This document shows, one piece after another, positions 58,166-64,000 of a stretch of DNA of 64,000 nt. This stretch comes from Myxococcota bacterium. GTDB lineage: Bacteria > Myxococcota_A > UBA796 > SXON01. The DNA lies in contig JAZKFH010000043.1 of the NCBI GenBank assembly GCA_040386535.1, positions 23,070 through 87,069 on the forward strand. Reading direction: 5' to 3'. The notes below the pieces were generated by a model. The model worked only from the letters and a program-made list of their open reading frames with translations. It was not told the DNA's origin and ran no database searches. The translations under genes were made by a program, and so were the position numbers. How positions within the stretch are numbered: position 1 is the first letter of the stretch; the number at the start of each line of letters is the position of its first letter.

Positions 58166-60021
58166 TCCCCCTGCTCCTCGCCCTTCTGGCCCCCGCCTTC
58201 GCCGCCCCCGGCCTGAACATCCCCGGCGGCGAGGTCACGCTCCCCTGGAACGATTTCCAGGCGCTCTACCAGAAGGGCCTCGCCCCCGAGAAGCCCCCCG
58301 AGAAGGCCCCGCTCGACTACACGCTCGACCGCGCCGCCTACAGCGGCCGCCTGGTCGGCAAGGGCGATGACGCCTACGGCCTGTTCCGCCTCACCATCCG
58401 CGGCAACGTGCACAAGGACAAGGGCTGGGCGACCATCCCGCTCCTCTCCACCAACGCGGCGCTGCGCACGGCGCGCGTGGACGGCAAGGACGCCGCCATC
58501 TTCCTGCGCGACGGTTTCTACACGCTCATCACCGACAAGTCGGGCGCGTTCACCGCCGAGCTCGAGTTCTCCGCCAGCCTGTTCACCGCCGACGGCGAGA
58601 CCGGCCTGTCCCTCCCCATGGTCCCGACCGGCGCCACGGAGGTCACCTTCACCGTCGAGGGCGAGGAGGCGGTCGACTTCGAGATCGCCGGCGCCAAGGG
58701 CCAGACCGCCCTGTCGAACGGCAAGACCCGCAGCGTCACCGCTGCCGTGATGAGCTGGGGCTCGCTCGCGATCTCCTGGAAACGCGCCCTGCCCGCCGAG
58801 TCGGTCGAGGCCGCCAAGCTGGCGCGCGTCTACGCCGAGACCAACGTGCTCATCGGCGTGAGCGAGGGCGTGATGCAGGGCACCGCGCGGGTGAACTACA
58901 CCGTGCTCCACAAGGGCATCGACACGTTGCGCGTCCAGCTCCCGCGCGACGTGACGGTGCTCGACGTGCAGGGCGCCGGCATCCGCGAGTGGACCCAGGG
59001 CCGGGTCGAGTCCCTCAAGCAGGCGCCGCCGGCCAACGACGTCATCACCGTCAAGCTAAACTACGAGGCCCTCGGCGCCTACCTCCTCTCCATCGACTAC
59101 GAGCGCCCGCTCACCGGGAACGCGAGCCTGCCGATGCCGAAGGTGCTCGACGTGGCCCGCGAGAAGACCTGGATCGGCGTCGACGCCCGGAGCGCGCTCG
59201 AGCTCGTCTCCGGCGAGGCCACCGGCGCCGTGCCGGTCGACGTCCGCGAGCTCCCCGCCTCCCTGGTGGGCCAGACCGACTACCCCGTGCTCCTCGCCTG
59301 GAAGGCGCGCGGCGGCGACGTGTCCATCCCCCTCGAGGTGAAGAGCCACCCCGACGTGGACATGCTGGTCACCCTCGTGGACACCGCGGTCGCCGACACC
59401 CTCGTCACCCCCGACGGCCGCCGCATGACGCGCGTGCGCTACGGCGTCCGCAACAACCGCCGCCAGTTCCTGCGCCTCGCCCTGCCCGAGGGCGCGGAGG
59501 TGTGGAGCGCGTCGGTGGCCGGGCGCGGCGTGAAGGTGGCGGCGGGTGAGGGCGGCGGCGTGCTCATCCCCCTGGTGCGCTCGGACGCCTCCGGCGGCGC
59601 GCTCACCGGCTTTCTGGTCGAGGTCATCTACGTCGAGAACGGCGCCCCCCTCGCCGACGGCCGCGGCGAGCTGCGCGTCGACCTGCCCCGCGCGGATGCG
59701 CCCACGAGCCAGCTCCAGTGGACGGTGTACTTCCCCCAGGACGCCAAGGTCCAGAAGAAGGACCACGAGGGCACCGTGCGGCAGGTGCCCTACTTCTCCA
59801 GCGCGCCCCAGCTCCCGAGCGACGCCACGGTCAGCGCCCAGGCCCAGGGCAACGTGCAACGCGCCGCGGCGAAGCAGGACATCGCCGGCGCGCTCGGGCA
59901 GGGCGTCGAGCCGGTGCGCGTCGAGCTCCCGCTCGCGGGGCAGGTCCACACCTACGAGAAGATGCTCGTCCTCGACGAGCCGCTCTGGGTGAGCTTCGGG
60001 TACGTCCGCCGCGAACGTTGA
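58162..60021 (+). CDS. Exported hypothetical protein (beta-rich)
   Basis: ATGA-coupled to the upstream gene; signal MIPLLLALLAPAFA; strong codon bias. Confidence 0.88.
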   Translation: MIPLLLALLAPAFAAPGLNIPGGEVTLPWNDFQALYQKGLAPEKPPEKAPLDYTLDRAAYSGRLVGKGDDAYGLFRLTIRGNVHKDKGWATIPLLSTNAALRTARVDGKDAAIFLRDGFYTLITDKSGAFTAELEFSASLFTADGETGLSLPMVPTGATEVTFTVEGEEAVDFEIAGAKGQTALSNGKTRSVTAAVMSWGSLAISWKRALPAESVEAAKLARVYAETNVLIGVSEGVMQGTARVNYTVLHKGIDTLRVQLPRDVTVLDVQGAGIREWTQGRVESLKQAPPANDVITVKLNYEALGAYLLSIDYERPLTGNASLPMPKVLDVAREKTWIGVDARSALELVSGEATGAVPVDVRELPASLVGQTDYPVLLAWKARGGDVSIPLEVKSHPDVDMLVTLVDTAVADTLVTPDGRRMTRVRYGVRNNRRQFLRLALPEGAEVWSASVAGRGVKVAAGEGGGVLIPLVRSDASGGALTGFLVEVIYVENGAPLADGRGELRVDLPRADAPTSQLQWTVYFPQDAKVQKKDHEGTVRQVPYFSSAPQLPSDATVSAQAQGNVQRAAAKQDIAGALGQGVEPVRVELPLAGQVHTYEKMLVLDEPLWVSFGYVRRER

Positions 60022-60101
60022 CCCGCCATCAACGTTGACAATAGCGCGGGTTGTGAACCTCGGTCGGGCCCGATACACGGGTCCGCCCCCGAGGTTCCTC
60101 C

Positions 60102-61538
60102 GTGCGTGTCCGCTCCCTCCTGGCAGGCGTCGTGTTCGCCGCCGCCCTCCCCCTCGGCCTCGCGCTCACGACGCCCGTGCTCGCCGCCACGCCGCCGGCT
60201 CCCACGGCCCCCGCCGCGCCCGCCGCGCAGGCCCAGGCCGCCCCCGAGCTCCCGGTCGAGCGCTACGTGCTCTCCAACGGGCTCGAGGTGCTGCTTTCCC
60301 GTGACACCAAGGTGCCGCTCGTGGCGGTCAACCTCTGGTACCACGTGGGCGCCAAGAACGAGGTGCCCGGCCGCTCCGGCTTCGCGCACCTGTTCGAGCA
60401 CATCATGTTCCAGGGCAGCCGCAACGTCGCGGAGGACACGTTCTTCCAGTACCTCGAGGCCGCCGGCGCCCCGTTGGTGAACGGCACGACCGACTTCGAC
60501 CGCACCAACTACTTCGAGACCGTGCCCTCCAACCAGCTCGAGCTCGCGCTCTGGTTGGAAGCGGACCGCATGGGGTTCCTGCTCGACACGCTCACCCAGG
60601 AGCGCCTCGACAACCAGAAGGCGGTCGTGCGCAAGGAGCGCCAGCAGAGCACGGAGAACGTGCCCTACGGCGTGGCCGAGGAGCGCTTCTTTCAGCTCCT
60701 GTTCCCCGCGCCGCACCCCTACAACGGCGTGGTCATCGGCTCCCACAAGGATCTCGAGGCCGCCACCCTCGCGGACGTGAAGGGCTTCTTCAAGACCTTC
60801 TACACGCCCAACAACGCCACGATCGCGATCGTCGGGGACTACGATCCCGCCACGATCAAGCCGCTGGTGGAGAAGTACTTCGGCACCCTCCCCGCCAGCG
60901 CCGAGCCCCCCGCGCTCGCGGTCAAGACGGAGCCGATCACGGCCGAGCGCCGCACCGCGCTGACCGACGAGGTCGAGCTCCCCAAGGTGTACTTCGGTTG
61001 GGTCACGCCTACCGCGTTCTCCCCGGGGGACGCCGAGCTCGCCATCGCCAGCTCCGTGTTGGCCGAGGGCAAGTCGAGCCGGCTCTACACCGAGCTCGTC
61101 GCCAACCAGCAGATCGCCCAGTCGGTCAACGCCTACCAATACCCGCTGACCCTCGGCTCGGTGTTCGCCGTCGAGATCCTCGGCAAGCCGGGCCAGTCGC
61201 CCGAGGCGCTGGAGAAGGCCGCGTGGACCGTCATCGAGGGCCTCCGCGCCGCGCCCCCGTCGCAAGACGAGATCTCGCGCGCCCTGCGCACCTGGCAGGC
61301 CGACACGCTGCGTGGGCTCGAGAGCCTGGGCGGCTTCGGCGGCAAGGCCGACGTGCTCAACTACTACAACCACCACCTGGGTGATCCCGCGTGGTTGCCG
61401 AAGGACTTCACCCGCATGCAAGCGGTCACCCCGGCCACCCTGCAGAAGGTGTTCGCCGAGCAGATCAAGTCCGACAACCGCGTGGTGGTCCACGTCACGC
61501 CCGTGCCCGCCGCCGCGGCGAACGGAGGTGTCAAGTGA
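60102..61538 (+). CDS. M16B zinc peptidase, catalytic subunit
   Basis: SGFAHLFEHIMF (HxxEH), NGTTDFDRTNY, LWLEADRM; signal peptide. Confidence 0.96.
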   Translation: MRVRSLLAGVVFAAALPLGLALTTPVLAATPPAPTAPAAPAAQAQAAPELPVERYVLSNGLEVLLSRDTKVPLVAVNLWYHVGAKNEVPGRSGFAHLFEHIMFQGSRNVAEDTFFQYLEAAGAPLVNGTTDFDRTNYFETVPSNQLELALWLEADRMGFLLDTLTQERLDNQKAVVRKERQQSTENVPYGVAEERFFQLLFPAPHPYNGVVIGSHKDLEAATLADVKGFFKTFYTPNNATIAIVGDYDPATIKPLVEKYFGTLPASAEPPALAVKTEPITAERRTALTDEVELPKVYFGWVTPTAFSPGDAELAIASSVLAEGKSSRLYTELVANQQIAQSVNAYQYPLTLGSVFAVEILGKPGQSPEALEKAAWTVIEGLRAAPPSQDEISRALRTWQADTLRGLESLGGFGGKADVLNYYNHHLGDPAWLPKDFTRMQAVTPATLQKVFAEQIKSDNRVVVHVTPVPAAAANGGVK

Positions 61539-63082
61539 AGCGTCTGATCAGCCTCGTGCTCCTCGCGGGCCTCCTCTCCCCGGCCGCCCTCGCCGCCAAG
61601 AAGCCCAAGAAGCCCAAGAAGGGCGATCCCGCCCCGGTCGAGGTCGTGGCCCCCGCGCCCGATCCGGAGGCGTGGCGTGCCCAGGCCCCGGCGCCCGGCC
61701 CCGAAGGCGCCTGGGTGCCCCCCACCGCGCAGACGTTCACCCTCAAGAACGGCGTGCCCGTCTACCTCGTGCAGAACCCGGGCCTGCCCCTGGTCAGCGT
61801 CAACGTGCTCATGATGGTGGGCCGCGAAGCCAACCCGGCCGGCAAGGGCGGCCTCGCGGCGCTCACCGCGAACCTGCTCGACGAGGGCACCACCACCAAG
61901 TCGGGCTCCCAGCTCGCGGCCGAGGCCGCCATGCTCGGCGCCAAGCTCTCCGTGGGCCAGGGCGACGAGGCCGGGTGGGTCTCGGTCGACGCGCTCACCG
62001 GCGCCGCCCTCGCGCCCACGCTCGATCTGCTCGCGGACGTGGCGCTGCGGCCCAAGTTCTCCGACAGCGAGTTCAAGCGCGTCAAGACGGAAACGTTGAC
62101 CGCCATCCAGAGCCAACGCGCCGAGCCGCGCGACGTGGTGCGCCGCGTGTTCTCCTCCCAACTGTTCGGCGGCGCCCACGCGTACGGCGTCCCGTCGATC
62201 GGCAGCGAGGCCTCTGTCGGCGCCATCGCGTCGGCTGACGTGAAGAAGTTCTACGGCACCTGGTGGCACGCCAAGAACGCGGCGATCGTCGTCGCGGGCG
62301 CGGTCACCCAGGCCGAGCTGCAGCCGCTCCTCGAGGCCCGCTTCGGCGGCTGGAAGGCCGGCAAGTCCACGCGCGCCAGCGTCCCGGCGCCCGCGCCGCT
62401 CGCCAAGACACGGGTGGTGTTCGTCGAGCAGCCCGGCGCCGTCCAGGCGGTCATCCGCCTCGGCACGGTCGGCCCCAACCGCACCTCGCCCGACTTCATG
62501 GCCGCGAACACCGCGGGCACGCTGCTGGCGGGCATGTTCTCCTCCCGCGTGAACATGAACCTGCGCGAGGAGAAGGGCTGGAGCTACGGCGCGTTCGGCG
62601 GCTTCTCGGAGACCAGGGACCACGGCACGTTCACCGTCGGCACCTCCGTCCAGGCCGACAAGACCGCGCCCGCCGTGACCGAGCTGCTCAAGGAGCTCGG
62701 CGCCGCCGCGACCAAGACCCCCGGCGAGGCCGAGCTCAAGTCCGCCAAGGACTACCTGGTCAAGTCGCTGGCCGGCAACTTCGAGACCAACTCCGCCACC
62801 GCCACGTCGTTCGTGGCCGCGCCGGTGTACGGCCTCGGGGCCGACTTCTGGACGAAGTACCCGGCCCAACTCAACGCGGTCGACGGTGTCCAGGCCGAGG
62901 CGATGGGCAAGCGCTACTTCGATCCAGGCAAGCAGCTCGTCGTGGTGGTCGGCCCGCGCACCCTCGAGGTCCCGGTCGAGGGCGGCGCGCCCACCAAGGT
63001 AGACGTGGTGGCAGAGCTCAAGGCGCTCGGCCACGAGTTCGTCGACCTGGGGACCAACACCCCGGTGGCGGCCGGCAAGTAG
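61535..63082 (+). CDS. M16B peptidase, non-catalytic partner subunit
   Basis: No HxxEH (LTANLLDEGT instead); SRVNMNLREEKGWSYG R/Y motif; GTGA overlap. Confidence 0.95.
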   Translation: MKRLISLVLLAGLLSPAALAAKKPKKPKKGDPAPVEVVAPAPDPEAWRAQAPAPGPEGAWVPPTAQTFTLKNGVPVYLVQNPGLPLVSVNVLMMVGREANPAGKGGLAALTANLLDEGTTTKSGSQLAAEAAMLGAKLSVGQGDEAGWVSVDALTGAALAPTLDLLADVALRPKFSDSEFKRVKTETLTAIQSQRAEPRDVVRRVFSSQLFGGAHAYGVPSIGSEASVGAIASADVKKFYGTWWHAKNAAIVVAGAVTQAELQPLLEARFGGWKAGKSTRASVPAPAPLAKTRVVFVEQPGAVQAVIRLGTVGPNRTSPDFMAANTAGTLLAGMFSSRVNMNLREEKGWSYGAFGGFSETRDHGTFTVGTSVQADKTAPAVTELLKELGAAATKTPGEAELKSAKDYLVKSLAGNFETNSATATSFVAAPVYGLGADFWTKYPAQLNAVDGVQAEAMGKRYFDPGKQLVVVVGPRTLEVPVEGGAPTKVDVVAELKALGHEFVDLGTNTPVAAGK

Positions 63083-63110
63083 AGCCAGCGGCGTCGCAAG
63101 CGTCTCGGCG

Positions 63111-63135
63111 CGACCCCGGCGCGGCGCCGGGGTCG
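63111..63135. terminator. Perfect GC hairpin downstream of the M16 operon (possible terminator or RNA stabiliser)
   Basis: CGACCCCGGCGC-G-GCGCCGGGGTCG; no U-tract. Confidence 0.45.
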
Positions 63136-63282
63136 GTCGCCTGCGGGGTCGGCCTTCGGCCTCCGTTGGCGCGGGCGTGACTCCGCTTCGCTCCGCACGC
63201 GGCGCCGAACCGCGCGGGCCCGCCCGCGCGCCCTCCGGTGCCCTCGCGCCCCCTGGTTTGGTGGCGGTTGCGGTGGGTGAAA

Positions 63283-63722
63283 GGGTGGGATCGGTTTCAG
63301 TCGGTCCGCGCCGACCCATCGAGTTTGGTACGCACCAACGATCGCGGGCGGGACCGGAGTCGGCGGGGTGTGATGCACTTCGATCGGTCACCCGCCGAGC
63401 GGCACGAAGGGCTACCTGCTCGACAGGGGAGTGTCGGTGATCGCGCGGTGCCCCCCCGTGAGTTCGGGCCGTCCCACGCGCTGAACTCGGGGGATGGCGT
63501 CTCATCCGGCGAGCTCGGCGCGTCCTGAAGGGGGGCCTGTTCGACAGTGGGTTCGGTGGCCGCGAGGCGGGCCACGCATTGGCAGTTTCCCCCTTCCTCG
63601 CATGATTCAATCGCCCGAGCAGCCGATCGCCATCGCCTTCGATGTCACCCGAGTAGTGCTCGACCGCGCGGTTGGAGCCGGCCTCTGCACGCATGGCCCA
63701 ACGACTGGAACCGATCCCACCC
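63283..63722. repeat. 440-bp segment bounded by 21-bp inverted repeats
   Basis: GGGTGGGATCGGTTTCAGTCG (63283-63303) versus the reverse complement of 63702-63722, GGGTGGGATCGGTTCCAGTCG: 20/21 identical. Confidence 0.7.
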
Positions 63723-63905
63723 GCGTCGGCCGATGACTGAGCCTCTCTCGATTCCGGTCCGCGAGTCGGGATGGGCGCTGGCCGGCGGACTGTCGAGGTA
63801 CCATCGCCATCAGGACCGCGAGGAGTGCCCCCGGTGTTGCAGCGACGGCGACCCGCTTTATCCGCGTTGAACGCGGACTGTATTATCGGCGTGGTCAACC
63901 TGGGG

Positions 63906-64000
63906 GTCCAACAGGTACGCGGGTCTCGTCCGTGTGGCGGACGAGGTCGGGGGACCTGTCCAACAGGTACCTGGGTTTCGTCCGTGTGGCGGACGAAGTC
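63906..64000 (+). repeat. Tandem 52-bp-period hairpin repeat, truncated by the window end
   Basis: 63906-63948 and 63958-64000 are 39/43 identical; each contains the stem-loop YTCGTCCG-TGTGG-CGGACGAR. Confidence 0.85.

Noticed and set aside
60035..60065. Sigma70 promoter from a perfect TTGACA
   Set aside because: No TANNNT at 16-18 bp spacing. It lies within a TCAACGTTGA palindrome and AACGTTGAC direct repeat of unclear meaning.
63906..64000. CRISPR array or hammerhead ribozyme (minus strand reads ...GTCC-GCCACAC-GGACGAAAC)
   Set aside because: The linker is only 9 nt and no cas genes are in view. The hammerhead CUGANGA core is absent and GAAA is not conserved in the other unit.
1..64000. 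tRNA, rRNA, prophage or secretion-system structural genes
   Set aside because: No recognisable signatures found; the eCIS/T6SS link rests only on putative cargo proteins.

Overview
Very GC-rich bacterial chromosomal segment. The gene repertoire (many Cys-rich or Asp/Thr-repeat lipoproteins, DWG-type Ser/Thr kinase, MopE-like/FG-GAP protein, DUF4157 protein) suggests a Myxococcota-like organism; this is inference. About 48 credible CDSs. They include an IS21-family element (istA/istB) at the left edge, aspS, a plsB-like acyltransferase, an ABC-F ATPase, a double-SWIM SNF2 helicase, LysR/AKR and MocR/EamA divergons, an RpoE-ChrR module, a multiheme cytochrome + multicopper oxidase pair, a PKD/propeller/diheme + LVIVD pair and an M16 peptidase pair. 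No rRNA, tRNA or CRISPR array was found. The most notable observations are: (1) an RpoE-ChrR module with two exact TGATCC-N16-CGTA promoters, one driving a lipid-anchored truncated globin with an apolar distal pocket; (2) seven lipoproteins with ultra-short, uncharged signal peptides (Cys at residue 8-10), several apparently on leaderless mRNAs; (3) two putative contractile-injection cargo proteins sharing a Pro/Ala-rich 'GNA' leader; (4) a paralogous exported-protein pair, one carrying TonB-receptor plug-like motifs in swapped order; (5) several non-coding structures: a symmetric four-box site interrupted by IS21, an AT-rich 25-bp palindrome, a dispersed hairpin repeat family, and a covarying 52-bp tandem repeat running off the right edge. 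All family assignments come from motif recognition by eye; no database search was run.
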